A stretch of DNA of 64,000 nt from an uncultured Alphaproteobacteria bacterium (GTDB lineage: Bacteria; Pseudomonadota; Alphaproteobacteria; Rhizobiales; Ancalomicrobiaceae), in assembly GCA_937864925.1 (NCBI GenBank), contig CALMFH010000236.1:2542-66541 (forward strand). The letters run 5' to 3'. The notes below the pieces were generated by a model, which saw only the letters and a list, made by a program, of their open reading frames with translations, was not told the DNA's origin and did not search any database. Position numbers and translations under genes: made by a program. Below, piece by piece: positions 50,113 to 59,551 of the stretch (position 1 is its first letter; every line of letters starts with the position of its first letter).

Positions 50113-51081
50113 ATGCTCACCATCCACGGCCTCGTCGACAGCGCACTGATCACCGCGGCGATCTCGAACGCGATGCCGCCGGAAGGGCCGGCGGTGTGGT
50201 TCGATCTCATCGAGCCGACGGCGGACGAGGATGCCGACGTCGAGAAGATGCTCGGCGTCGCGGTGCCTACCCGTGCCGAGATGGAAGAGATCGAGGCGTC
50301 GAGCCGGCTCTACGCCGAAGACGGCGCGCTCTACATGACCGCCCTGGTCCAGGTTCTCTCCGACACCGCCGCTCCCCGGCTGACGCCGATCACCTTCATC
50401 CTGGTCGGCAACCGGCTGGCGACGGTGCGTTACGACGCGCCCAAGTCCTTCGACCTCTTCCGCACGCGGGCCGAACGTCCCGGTTTCGGGCTCGTCGACG
50501 GCCGCGGGGTATTGCTCGGACTGCTCGAGACGATCGTCGATCGCCTCGCCGACTCGCTGGAGCGGGTGGGCGGCGAGATCGACACGCTGTCGATGGCGGT
50601 GTTCCGGTCACGCCGGGAACGAGAGAAGGGGCTCGAGGAGGCGATCACCACGGTCGGCCGGCTCGGCGGAGCGGTGTCGCGCGCCGAGGAGAGCATCGTC
50701 TCGCTGGCGCGGATGTTCCACTTCCTCGCCGAACACGGCGGCCGCGACCGGCTCGACCCGGATGGGCGGGCGCGGTTGATCACCCTGGATCACGACATCC
50801 GCTCGCTCGCCGAGCACTCGAAGTCGCTCGACGCCAAGGTCAACTTCGTGATGTCGGCGACCCTCGGTCTGGTCGGGCTGGAGCAGAACACCATCGTCAA
50901 GATCTTCTCGATCCTCGCGGTGGTGTTCATGCCGCCGACGCTGATCGCCTCGATCTACGGCATGAACTTCCATGCCATGCCGGAACTCGACAAGCCCTGG
51001 GGCTATCCGATGGCGCTCGGCCTGATGGTCGCGTCCGTGTCGGTGACCTTCGCGGTGTTCAAGTGGAAGCGGTGGCTGTGA
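50113..51081 (+). CDS. corA: CorA family magnesium/cobalt transporter
   Basis: YGMNF (GMN) motif before the last TM; 322 aa. Confidence 0.9.
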   Translation: MLTIHGLVDSALITAAISNAMPPEGPAVWFDLIEPTADEDADVEKMLGVAVPTRAEMEEIEASSRLYAEDGALYMTALVQVLSDTAAPRLTPITFILVGNRLATVRYDAPKSFDLFRTRAERPGFGLVDGRGVLLGLLETIVDRLADSLERVGGEIDTLSMAVFRSRREREKGLEEAITTVGRLGGAVSRAEESIVSLARMFHFLAEHGGRDRLDPDGRARLITLDHDIRSLAEHSKSLDAKVNFVMSATLGLVGLEQNTIVKIFSILAVVFMPPTLIASIYGMNFHAMPELDKPWGYPMALGLMVASVSVTFAVFKWKRWL

Positions 51082-51082
51082 G

Positions 51083-51206
51083 ACCGGGCTGATGAAATTC
51101 GGACTCGTCCGAACTTCACGAGCGTTACGACCCGACCGGCCGACGCCCGTTCGGGCTCGCCTTCGTTCACGAAGTTTCGAACGGGTCGAAACTTCGTGAA
51201 CTCGGT
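51083..51206 (+). repeat. 124-bp triple-hairpin MITE-like repeat, copy B
   Basis: Starts 2 nt after the corA TGA. Contains a perfect 15-bp stem ttcacgaagtttcga-acggg-tcgaaacttcgtgaa. Near-identical to copies A and C. Confidence 0.9.
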
Positions 51207-51223
51207 ATGAGACGTGGCACGGC

Positions 51224-51865
51224 TCACGGATAGAGCCGCGTCTTCTCCCAGGGTCGCCCCGGCGCTTCCCGCGTGAACTCGATGCGGTCGTGGAGGCGGA
51301 AGGGGCGGTCGTGCCAGAACTCGATCGCCGACGGCACCACCCGGAAACCGGACCAATGGGGCGGCCGCGGCACCTCGCCGAGGGCGTGTTTCAATCCGTA
51401 TTCGGCGACCGCCTTCTCCAGTGCGAAACGGCTCTCCAGTGGGCGCGACTGTTTCGACGCCCAGGCGCCGATGCGGCTCGCCCGCGCCCGTGAGGCGAAA
51501 TAGGCGTCGGCGTCGGCATCGCCGACCACCTCGACGAGGCCGCGGATGCGCACCTGCCGGCGCAGCGACTTCCAATGGAAGAGCAACGCCGCCTTGCGGC
51601 TCGTCAGCAGCTCGACGCCCTTCTTGCTCTCGAAGTTGGTGTAGAAGACGAAACCCGCCTCGTCGAAGCCCTTCAGCAGCACCATACGCACGTCCGGAAG
51701 CCCGGTCTCGTCGACCGAAGCGACCGCCATGGCGTTGGGATCGTTGGGTTCCTTCGCTTCGGCGTCGCGTAGCCACTGCGAAAACAACCGGAACGGCTCC
51801 TCGGCGCCGGAAAAGTCACCCGACATTAACTCGGGTGGCGGATTCTGTGTGAACTGGTCGGTCAT
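51224..51865 (-). CDS. pdxH: Pyridoxamine 5'-phosphate oxidase
   Basis: [46 protein letters not shown]. The real part of tracked ORF 51224..52597. Confidence 0.93.
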   Translation of the reverse strand: MTDQFTQNPPPELMSGDFSGAEEPFRLFSQWLRDAEAKEPNDPNAMAVASVDETGLPDVRMVLLKGFDEAGFVFYTNFESKKGVELLTSRKAALLFHWKSLRRQVRIRGLVEVVGDADADAYFASRARASRIGAWASKQSRPLESRFALEKAVAEYGLKHALGEVPRPPHWSGFRVVPSAIEFWHDRPFRLHDRIEFTREAPGRPWEKTRLYP

Positions 51866-51871
51866 CGTCTT

Positions 51872-52390
51872 GTGGAGGGTACCTTGGCCGGTCCTGGAAG
51901 CGCATCCTATACCGCGCTCGGCGCAGCGCGCCAGACGAGGCGTCCGCAGAGCCGACCGGCGGTGATCGCGACCCTCGTCGGTGTCGCGACGATGCTCGCC
52001 GGCTGTTCCACCGTCATGATGCCGCTCTCCGGCTGGACCTCGTCGCAGAGCGGTCCGCCGGCCGACGAGATCATCACCGGGTCGATCCGCAAGCCGAACG
52101 AGGCCCCTCCCGACGGCGACGGCGAGGTGATCCGCCGTGCGGTCGAGACGGCGACGCGGTCCGCCGGTGCGGCGAAACTCGTATGGAACAATGCGGCGAC
52201 CGGTAACTCCGGCACCATCTCCGACATCGTCGAGGCCAAGGCGCGCAACGGCGCCCCCTGCCGCGACTTCGCCACCACGCTCTCCACCATCGAGGGCGTC
52301 GCGCTCTATCGCGGACGCATCTGTCAGGGCTATCTCGGCCCGTGGGATCTGGTGGAGTTCGCCCCGACCGGCGAGAAACCGGCCGGCTGA
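51872..52390 (+). CDS. RT0821/Lpp0805-family surface lipoprotein (17-kDa antigen-like)
   Basis: Lipobox MLAGC. C-terminal [16 protein letters not shown]...[10 protein letters not shown]...[13 protein letters not shown]. The start is uncertain (GTG 51872 as tracked, or GTG 51962). Confidence 0.7.
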   Translation: MEGTLAGPGSASYTALGAARQTRRPQSRPAVIATLVGVATMLAGCSTVMMPLSGWTSSQSGPPADEIITGSIRKPNEAPPDGDGEVIRRAVETATRSAGAAKLVWNNAATGNSGTISDIVEAKARNGAPCRDFATTLSTIEGVALYRGRICQGYLGPWDLVEFAPTGEKPAG

Positions 52391-52391
52391 G

Positions 52392-52515
52392 ACCGAGTTC
52401 ACGAAGGTTCGACCCCTTCGAAACTTCGTGAACGAAGGCGAGCCCGAACGGGCGTCGGCCGGTCGGGCCGTAACGCTCACGAAATTCGGACGAGTCCGAA
52501 TTTCATGAGCCCGGT
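52392..52515 (-). repeat. 124-bp triple-hairpin MITE-like repeat, copy C (inverted)
   Basis: Its reverse complement aligns with copy B end to end with a handful of substitutions. Starts 2 nt after the lipoprotein TGA. Confidence 0.9.
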
Positions 52516-52703
52516 ATGAGACGTGGTCCGTCGCATCCGTCGGATCGCGTCCGTGACCGTATCTCGCGTTTTCCTCTGGCGTTCGCCGACGAACCACACC
52601 ACATGTGGGGCGACGATGACCAGGCTCGACGGATTCGGCGCACGCCCCGCGCTTCGGGGAAGAGACGGCGAGGACCCGAGCGAGGCCAGACGAGGTAGTT
52701 TCG

Positions 52704-53636
52704 ATGCGCGATCCCTACGACGTGCTCGGCGTCGCACGCTCGGCCGGCGCCGACGACATCAAGAAGGCGTTCCGCCGCCTCGCCAAGAAGTATCACCCCG
52801 ACCAGAACAAGGACGACCCGCGGGCCAAGGAGGCTTTCGCGGAGGTCAATGCCGCCTACGAGATCCTCGGCGATGCGCCCAAGAAGGCGCAGTTCGACCG
52901 GGGTGAGATCGACGCCGAGGGAAAACCGAAGTTCACCGGCTTCGGCGGCGGCCATGGGTTCGACTTCCGCTCCGGCGGTGGGCGTACCGGCGGCCGCGGC
53001 GGCGGCGAGTTCGACGATTTCCTCACCGACATCCTCGGGCAGGCCTTCGGCGGCGGGCGCGGCGGTTTTCGCGGCGGCGGCGGCGGGCGCTCCGGTGCCA
53101 CGGGCGGCATGGGGGGTGGTGCGAGCGCCGGCGCCCGGGCGCGCGGCGAGGACGTCGAGGTCACCGCCCACGTCTCGCTCGAAGAGGTGGCGCGCGGCGA
53201 CAAGGTCCGTGTCGAACTGCCGACCGGTCGCACCCTCGAAGTGGCGTTGCCGGAAGGGGTCACCGACCGACAGCAGATCCGGCTGAAGGGCCAGGGCCAA
53301 TCGGGTCCCGGCGGGGCGGGCGACGCGATCGTCACCGTCGCCTTCACGCGCCATCCGCTGTTCCACGTCGACGTCCACGATCTCGAGGGCGACGCGCCGG
53401 TGTCGCTCGACGAGGCGGTTCTCGGCGGGCGGATCCGGGTGGAGACGCTCGAAGGCGCGGTCGAACTGACCCTGCCGGCCGGCACCACCGGGTCCAAGGC
53501 TCTGCGTCTCAAGGGCAAGGGCCTGCCGACCAAGGCGGGCGGCCGCGGCAACCTCTACGTCAAGCCGCGCATCGTCCTGCCGGAGGGCGGCGACGCCGAG
53601 CTCGAGGCGTTCCTGAGGGCACGCAAGAAGCGCTGA
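52704..53636 (+). CDS. DnaJ-class co-chaperone without zinc finger (CbpA-like)
   Basis: J domain DPYDVLGV...[16 protein letters not shown], a Gly-rich linker, and a DnaJ C-terminal beta domains. No CxxCxGxG repeats. Confidence 0.88.
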   Translation: MRDPYDVLGVARSAGADDIKKAFRRLAKKYHPDQNKDDPRAKEAFAEVNAAYEILGDAPKKAQFDRGEIDAEGKPKFTGFGGGHGFDFRSGGGRTGGRGGGEFDDFLTDILGQAFGGGRGGFRGGGGGRSGATGGMGGGASAGARARGEDVEVTAHVSLEEVARGDKVRVELPTGRTLEVALPEGVTDRQQIRLKGQGQSGPGGAGDAIVTVAFTRHPLFHVDVHDLEGDAPVSLDEAVLGGRIRVETLEGAVELTLPAGTTGSKALRLKGKGLPTKAGGRGNLYVKPRIVLPEGGDAELEAFLRARKKR

Positions 53637-53723
53637 GGTCGGCCCGTCTCATGGCGAACCCATGGGCTCCCGACCCGTCCGCTCGGCGGGTCGAGTGCAG
53701 GGTCGGCCGTCACCGGGCCGGCA

Positions 53724-54683
53724 TCATCCCGGCGCCGCGTCCTCGCCGGTCCCCAGTACCTCCTTCAGCACCCTGGTCACCGGAAGGTGGCCGACGAGGT
53801 CGGTGTTGGTGTGGTGCCAGGCGTCGGGAACCACCACGTCGGGCGGGGCGTCGCGGCGAGTGGCGAAACTGCCGATCAGGTCCCAACGGCCGACGATCTC
53901 GGTGACCTGCCGGCAGGAGCGCGGCATCTGGTGGCGCGACGAGATCGAGACGATGTGTACCGTCTCGCCGATGTGATCGGAGCGGACGCGGTCCTCACGC
54001 TGGAGCGCGTGGAGCGCCTCGCCGACCACCATGTTGCCCTTGGAATGGGCGACGATCAGATCGAACCGGGCGCGTTCGTCGCGCAGCAGCGCCAGGACGA
54101 CGTCGGCATCGCGTTCGGCGACCACCGGGTCGGCCCCGCCGGCGTTCGGGTCGGTGGCAGCGGCGCGAACCCAGTCGAGCGAGCGGTCGAGCCGCCCCCA
54201 CAGGTCGTGCAGCGTGGTGAGGCCGGTGAGCCACAGGAAACCACCGGTCGCCTCGGTGACGAGATCGGCGAGGCCGTAGCCCGAAACCACCGCCGCCACC
54301 GGCGCGCCGATCGCGTCGGCGACGTTGCGGGCGAAGGCGGCGGTGCCGAGCGCCGAGGAGCCGACACCGGCCACCGTCAGGGTCGAGATCTCCTCACCCC
54401 CGGCGTCGAAGAAGGATTCGATCGTCGAACAGACGATGAGCCCCCCGCCGCCGCCGGGGGGAACGATCAGGATCGTCCCCTCCCCCGCCTTGGCCGGCGA
54501 CAGGTCGGCGGCTTCCTCGCGGGTGACGACGCGCACGTCGTAGAACAGTGCGTCGAGCAGGATGTTGCGACGGCGCAGCGCCTCGAGGAAGGCATCGCCG
54601 CTCGGCTTGGAGAACAGCCGCCAGGGCAGCGCCATGGCGCGGGAGAACTGTTCGAGGCCGGCGGAAAAGGGATCGTCTGGCAT
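53724..54683 (-). CDS. Hypothetical alpha/beta-hydrolase-like protein
   Basis: LIVAHSKGNMVVGEAL resembles a nucleophile elbow (A-H-S-x-G). No family recognised with confidence. Alternative start 54716. Lies about 30-60 nt downstream of acr3 on the same strand. Confidence 0.5.
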   Translation of the reverse strand: MPDDPFSAGLEQFSRAMALPWRLFSKPSGDAFLEALRRRNILLDALFYDVRVVTREEAADLSPAKAGEGTILIVPPGGGGGLIVCSTIESFFDAGGEEISTLTVAGVGSSALGTAAFARNVADAIGAPVAAVVSGYGLADLVTEATGGFLWLTGLTTLHDLWGRLDRSLDWVRAAATDPNAGGADPVVAERDADVVLALLRDERARFDLIVAHSKGNMVVGEALHALQREDRVRSDHIGETVHIVSISSRHQMPRSCRQVTEIVGRWDLIGSFATRRDAPPDVVVPDAWHHTNTDLVGHLPVTRVLKEVLGTGEDAAPG

Positions 54684-54744
54684 CGCTCGATCGACCTCGT
54701 CTGACGCGGCGATCATAGCGGTATGCCGAGCGAACCACCACCGC

Positions 54745-55794
54745 TCATGCGGCGGGCGGCGTGGTCTTCGCCACACCGGCCTCGTACCAGCCGGCGCTGC
54801 GCTCGACGATCCACACCACCGACAGCATCACCGGCACCTCGATCAGCACCCCGACCACGGTGGCCAGCGCCGCTCCCGATTCGAAGCCGAACAGCGAGAT
54901 CGCCGCGGCGACCGCCAGTTCGAAGAAGTTGGAGGCGCCGATCAGGGCCGAGGGGCCGGCGACACAGTGCGCCTCGCCGGAGAGCCGGTTGAGCAGATAG
55001 GCGAGGCCGGCGTTGAAATAGACCTGGAGGAGAATCGGCACGGCGAGGAGGGCGATCACCAACGGCTGAGCCAGGATGGCACCGCCCTGGAAGCCGAAGA
55101 GCAGCACCAACGTGGCGAGCAGCGCCACCAGTGACCAGGGCTGCAGGTGGGTGAGGAGCCGGGCGAGTGCCGCCTCGCCGCCGGTCGCCAACACCCGCCG
55201 GCGCCAAACTTGAGCGACGATCACCGGTACGACGATGTAGAGCACCACCGACAGCACCAGCGTGTCCCACGGCACGGTGATGGCCGAGAGCCCGAGCAAC
55301 AGGCCGACGATCGGGGCGAAGGCGACGACCATCACGGTGTCGTTGAGGGCGACCTGGGTCAGGGTGAAATGAGGCTCGCCCTTCACCAGGTTCGACCAGA
55401 CGAAGACCATCGCGGTGCAGGGCGCGGCGGCGAGCAGGATGAGGCCGGCGACATAGCCGTCGATCTGATCGGCAGGGAGATAGGGGCGGAACAGCGTCTG
55501 GACGAAGATCCAGGCGAAGAGCGCCATGGAGAAGGGTTTCACCGCCCAGTTGACCAGCAGTGTCACGCCGATGCCGCGCCAATGCTCGCCGACGCGGGCG
55601 AGCGCGGCGAAATCGATGCGGATCAACATCGGTACGATCATCGCCCAGATCAACAGGGCGACCGGCAGGTTGACCCTGGCGATCTCGGCCGCCCCGATGG
55701 CGCGGAAGGCGGCGGGCAGGAAATGGCCGAGAGCGATGCCCGCCACCATGCACAGGCCGACCCACAGGGTCAGGAACCGTTCGAAGACCGACAT
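54745..55794 (-). CDS. acr3: ACR3 family arsenite efflux transporter
   Basis: MSVFERFLTLWV start, 10-TM layout, and the conserved AAAPCTAMVFVW Cys-containing block. Confidence 0.92.
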   Translation of the reverse strand: MSVFERFLTLWVGLCMVAGIALGHFLPAAFRAIGAAEIARVNLPVALLIWAMIVPMLIRIDFAALARVGEHWRGIGVTLLVNWAVKPFSMALFAWIFVQTLFRPYLPADQIDGYVAGLILLAAAPCTAMVFVWSNLVKGEPHFTLTQVALNDTVMVVAFAPIVGLLLGLSAITVPWDTLVLSVVLYIVVPVIVAQVWRRRVLATGGEAALARLLTHLQPWSLVALLATLVLLFGFQGGAILAQPLVIALLAVPILLQVYFNAGLAYLLNRLSGEAHCVAGPSALIGASNFFELAVAAAISLFGFESGAALATVVGVLIEVPVMLSVVWIVERSAGWYEAGVAKTTPPAA

Positions 55795-55820
55795 CGCGAC
55801 TGCCTTTCGGTTCGGCGGGA

Positions 55821-56243
55821 TCAGAGAACGCGCTTGCCGGAGGCGTCGACGACCTGCTCGCCGTCTTCCTTGGCGAAGGCACCCTTCTGGGCGGGCAGGA
55901 GATCGAGTACCGCTTCCGAGGGGCGGCAGAGCTTGGCGCCCTTGTCGGAGACGACGATCGGCCGGTTCATCAGGATCGGGTGGGCGAGGATGGCGTCGAT
56001 CAGTTCGGCGTCGGTCTTCTTCGGATCGTCGAGGCCGAGTTCGGCGTAGGGCGTGCCCTTCTCGCGCAGGATCGAGCGCACCGGTACGCCCATCTTGGCG
56101 ATCAGCGCCTCGAGCTCGGCCCGGTTCGGCGGGGTCTTCAGGTAGAGCACCACCTTCGGGGTGACGCCGGCGTTCTCGATCAGGCCGAGGACGTTGCGCG
56201 AGGTGCCGCAGGCGGGGTTGTGGTAGATCGTCACGTCGGACAT
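55821..56243 (-). CDS. arsC: Arsenate reductase (glutaredoxin-coupled ArsC)
   Basis: IYHNPACGTSRN catalytic Cys context and ILMNRPIV. Confidence 0.9.
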   Translation of the reverse strand: MSDVTIYHNPACGTSRNVLGLIENAGVTPKVVLYLKTPPNRAELEALIAKMGVPVRSILREKGTPYAELGLDDPKKTDAELIDAILAHPILMNRPIVVSDKGAKLCRPSEAVLDLLPAQKGAFAKEDGEQVVDASGKRVL

Positions 56244-56256
56244 GCGGGGCTCCAGG

Positions 56257-56778
56257 TCAGTTGGGCCGGGTCGAGGTGGCGCCCTCGGTGCGACCGATGG
56301 CGTCGATCTCGCGCTTCAGCGCCATGCGATCGAGAGACGTCACGGGCAGAGCGAGAAACAGCGAGATCCGGCGCTGCAAGTGCTTGAAGGCGGTGACGAA
56401 AGCCCGTTCGACTTCGATCGGGGTTCCGACCACCGCGGCCGGGTCCTCGATGCCCCAATGGGCCGTCATCGGCTGTCCCGGCCACACCGGGCAGACTTCG
56501 CCGGCAGCGTTGTCGCAGACGGTGAAGACGAAGTCCAACGCCGGAGCGGCCGGCCCGCCGAACTCGTCCCAGAACTTGGAGCGGAAGCCCTCGGTCGGGT
56601 AGCCGAAGGAGGCGAGAACCTTCAGCGCCATCGGGTGGACCTCGCCGCGCGGGGTCGAGCCGGCCGAATGGGCACGAAAAGTACCGGTACCGTCCTTCGC
56701 CAGGATCGATTCGGCAAGAATCGAGCGCGCGGAATTTCCGGTGCAGAGAAACAGAACTTCGTAGGGCGGTCTCGTCAT
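56257..56778 (-). CDS. arsC: Arsenate reductase, LMW-PTP type
   Basis: P-loop LFLCTGNSARS, plus TVCDNAAGEVCP with the downstream Cys pair. ATGA overlap with arsR. Confidence 0.88.
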   Translation of the reverse strand: MTRPPYEVLFLCTGNSARSILAESILAKDGTGTFRAHSAGSTPRGEVHPMALKVLASFGYPTEGFRSKFWDEFGGPAAPALDFVFTVCDNAAGEVCPVWPGQPMTAHWGIEDPAAVVGTPIEVERAFVTAFKHLQRRISLFLALPVTSLDRMALKREIDAIGRTEGATSTRPN

Positions 56779-57128
56779 CCGAACACCTCGGGCTCTTCCC
56801 CCGAGCGCGCCGACTCGACGCGGCTCGGCATACACAGTTCCGGGCGACCGCCGCAGCAGTCGGCGAGGAGTGCGGCGGTCACCGCGTCGAGACGGGCCGG
56901 CACGGCGCGATAGACGACGAACCGGCCACGCCGGTCGGCGGCGACCAGGCCGGCGCGGGCGAGCACGGCGAGATGGCTCGACAGGGTGTTGGGCGGGATG
57001 GCGAGATCGCGCGCCAGATCGCCGGCCGGAACGCCGTTCGGCTCGGCCGCAACCAGCCGGCGGAACACGGCGAGCCGCGTCGCCTGCGCCAGCGCCGAGA
57101 GCGCCATGATGATCTCGCTCGATTCCAT
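56775..57128 (-). CDS. arsR: ArsR/SmtB family metalloregulator
   Basis: HTH LSALAQATRLAVFRRL...PAGDLARDLAIPPNTLSSHLAVLARAGLV and a C-terminal Cys cluster DCCGGRPELC. Confidence 0.9.
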   Translation of the reverse strand: MESSEIIMALSALAQATRLAVFRRLVAAEPNGVPAGDLARDLAIPPNTLSSHLAVLARAGLVAADRRGRFVVYRAVPARLDAVTAALLADCCGGRPELCMPSRVESARSGEEPEVFG

Positions 57129-57197
57129 GTTTCTGGAAATATAGAATTATGAGCCGGTCGGCAAGGGGCGACCGAGACGAATCGGGTCGCCGACGTC

Positions 57198-57239
57198 GAA
57201 ACGTCACGGGCGCCTCGATCGAACGAGGCGCCCGTGACG
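57198..57239 (-). terminator. Strong terminator hairpin between the 57290-58300 gene and arsR
   Basis: cgtcacgggcgcctcg-atcgaa-cgaggcgcccgtgacg is a 16-bp perfect stem, followed on the - strand by tttcg. Confidence 0.65.
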
Positions 57240-57289
57240 GGAGCGGTACGGAGGGAGCGTGGCGCGCACGGGGGTGGCGCGCCGGGACC

Positions 57290-58300
57290 TCAGGGGCCCA
57301 TCTCCTTCGCCTCTTCGACGGCGGTCTTCGGCTTCGGCTCGGGATCGGGCTCGTCGCCGAGTACCGCACGGAAGCGAGCGAGGATGCCCTCGGCGGAGCG
57401 ACGCGCATAGCCGATTTCCGGCACCTGCGGCTGAGCCCAGACGGTGGTGCGCGGGCTCGCGGCGGCCAAGCGGGCTTCGGGTACCGGCGGCAGCAACGGC
57501 CGACCGGCGACGCGGGTGCGGGCGACGTCGCGATCACCGTAGGCGGCGACGGCGGACTGGGTCACCACCCGGCCGGGGCCGGTGCGGGTCATGGCGACGA
57601 CGATCCGGCCTTCCTCGAGCGCACGATCCGGCGCGGCGAGGGCGAGACGGGGCAGTGTCTCGGTCGACTGCGGTGCGATCAGCGACGTCACGGTGACCAG
57701 CGGCGGCCAACCCTCCTGTGACGGAGGCACGGTGGCGAGTGTCGGCTTGATCAGAAGATCGCGATCGGTGGTGCGTCCGAGCGGCTGGGGGGAGAGCAGG
57801 CGATCGCCCTTGCCGGAGCGGTTGACCGTCGGGGCGACCTCGACCGGCACCACCGACGGCCGCTTGGCACCGGGGACGGCGCCGGTCACGTCGGGATCGA
57901 CGACGTCGCGCGGGATCCGTTTCGGCTCGTGGCGGGGCGCGAGATCGTTCTCCGCCACGACGATCGGCGCCGGCGCGGCCTCCGCCGGCGCGGGGGAAGC
58001 GCCGGCGGAGGACTGCGGGGCGGGCGCGGGCAGGACCGCGGCCAGACGGTCGCCGCGGGGGGAGGCGGCGACCGGCGACGCAGCGGCGATCAGGGCGCTG
58101 CGTTGATCTCTCAGGGTGTCGAATTCGGCCATCCAGCCGGATGCGTCACGCACCGTCCAACGGACGGGCGTTTCGGTCGGCGGGGTGTGCCCGACGACGG
58201 CGACGGCGACGAGGCCGAGAAGAAGGACGGGGGCCGCCCGCAGACGCGGGAGGAGACCGGCCCGTCTGACCGCGCGACGGCGGCTCAGCTCATTCGGCAT
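57290..58300 (-). CDS. Hypothetical membrane-anchored Pro/Ala-rich protein
   Basis: N-terminal Arg-rich segment plus TM (APVLLLGLVAVAVVG), low-complexity Pro/Ala stretches, and an NRSGKGDRL motif. No family recognised. Confidence 0.5.
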   Translation of the reverse strand: MPNELSRRRAVRRAGLLPRLRAAPVLLLGLVAVAVVGHTPPTETPVRWTVRDASGWMAEFDTLRDQRSALIAAASPVAASPRGDRLAAVLPAPAPQSSAGASPAPAEAAPAPIVVAENDLAPRHEPKRIPRDVVDPDVTGAVPGAKRPSVVPVEVAPTVNRSGKGDRLLSPQPLGRTTDRDLLIKPTLATVPPSQEGWPPLVTVTSLIAPQSTETLPRLALAAPDRALEEGRIVVAMTRTGPGRVVTQSAVAAYGDRDVARTRVAGRPLLPPVPEARLAAASPRTTVWAQPQVPEIGYARRSAEGILARFRAVLGDEPDPEPKPKTAVEEAKEMGP

Positions 58301-58521
58301 GACTCGATACGAACTCCGAACCAGCGGGGCACACCGACGGCATTGCCGATGGGCAACGTCGCTGACGTGGTTTCCCGGACGCTTCGATGATCGCCGAGTA
58401 ACCTCGAGAAAAGGTTAAACCACGACGAGACTCGTCGAATTTCGCGGATTTCCGCGGTTCGTGGCGCACCGTCGGCGAGGGTGTGGCGAAAACATGGTGA
58501 ACGGCGGCGGTGCGATCGCGC

Positions 58522-59490
58522 TCAGAGCGGGCGCGCCAGACGGGCTTCGAGCTCGGCGTCGAGGCGGGCAATGGCGCCGAAAGGACCGTGCGCGGTGGCA
58601 AGGGCGGCGGCGACATCGACGCGAACCAGGCCACGGACGCCGAAGCGCACCTTGATCGCGTCCTCGACCCAGTGCCGCGCCTGGGCGGCGCGGCGGGCGA
58701 CGAGACGGCCGGCGTCGGCGAGATGGGCGCGATGACCGGCGACCGCGGCCGCGAGATCGGCGAGCCCCACCCCGCTCGCCGCCGACACCAGCACGACGGG
58801 TGCGATCCAGGCGCCGGGTTCGTGGTCGGCGAGGGTGAGGGCCCCGGCGACGTCGGCCATGGCGCGCCGCGCCGGCTCGCCCATGTCGGCCTTGGTGACG
58901 CAGACGACGTCGGGCAGCTCCATGACGCCGGCCTTCATGAACTGCAGGCTGTCGCCGGAGCCGGGCTGGATGCAGAGCAGCACCGTATCGGCGACGAAGG
59001 CGATGTCACCCTCCGACTGGCCGATCCCGACGCTCTCCACCACCACCAGGTCGTAGACGGCGCGCATCGTCACGATCGCCGCCACCGCATGATCGGAGAG
59101 GCCGCCGAGACGATCGCGTGCCGCCATCGAGCGGACGAAGACGCCCTGGTCGTCGGGGTCGGTCCGGAGCCGGGTACGGTCGCCGAGGAGGGCGCCACCG
59201 GTGAAACGCGACGAGGGGTCGACGGCGACGACACCGACGGTGCGGCCGGACCGGCGGGCTTCGGTGATGAGCGCGTTGGTCAGTGTCGACTTGCCCACCC
59301 CCGGCGGACCGGTGAGGCCGAGGACGTCGCCTCGTCCGTCGGCGGCGCAGGCATCGAGCAGACGGGCGAGCTCGGCCGAGCCGTGGGCGATCTCGATCAC
59401 CGAGAGGGCGCGCGCCAACGCCGGTTTGCCGCCGGCGCGGATCTGGTCGAGGGTCGGAACGACGGTCCTGATCATGTCCCCTGATCGCAC
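58522..59490 (-). CDS. meaB: Methylmalonyl-CoA mutase-associated GTPase MeaB/ArgK
   Basis: P-loop GPPGVGKSTL, VAVDPSS, ESVGIGQSE, TKAD. Confidence 0.9.
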   Translation of the reverse strand: MRSGDMIRTVVPTLDQIRAGGKPALARALSVIEIAHGSAELARLLDACAADGRGDVLGLTGPPGVGKSTLTNALITEARRSGRTVGVVAVDPSSRFTGGALLGDRTRLRTDPDDQGVFVRSMAARDRLGGLSDHAVAAIVTMRAVYDLVVVESVGIGQSEGDIAFVADTVLLCIQPGSGDSLQFMKAGVMELPDVVCVTKADMGEPARRAMADVAGALTLADHEPGAWIAPVVLVSAASGVGLADLAAAVAGHRAHLADAGRLVARRAAQARHWVEDAIKVRFGVRGLVRVDVAAALATAHGPFGAIARLDAELEARLARPL

Positions 59491-59551
59491 GGCGGGACGC
59501 CGAGGTGAAGGGGGCGGGCTCGAGACGTTCGGGTCAGGCGCGGCAACCTCT

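Noticed and set aside
51224-52597. 457-aa ORF extending pdxH upstream
   Set aside because: The upstream part is antisense to the lipoprotein gene and runs through repeat copy C. Homology to PdxH begins at ATG 51865.
58522-59490. MeaB without an adjacent methylmalonyl-CoA mutase, as an anomaly
   Set aside because: Unlinked meaB genes are common, and the mutase may lie elsewhere in the genome. This is not informative from this window alone.
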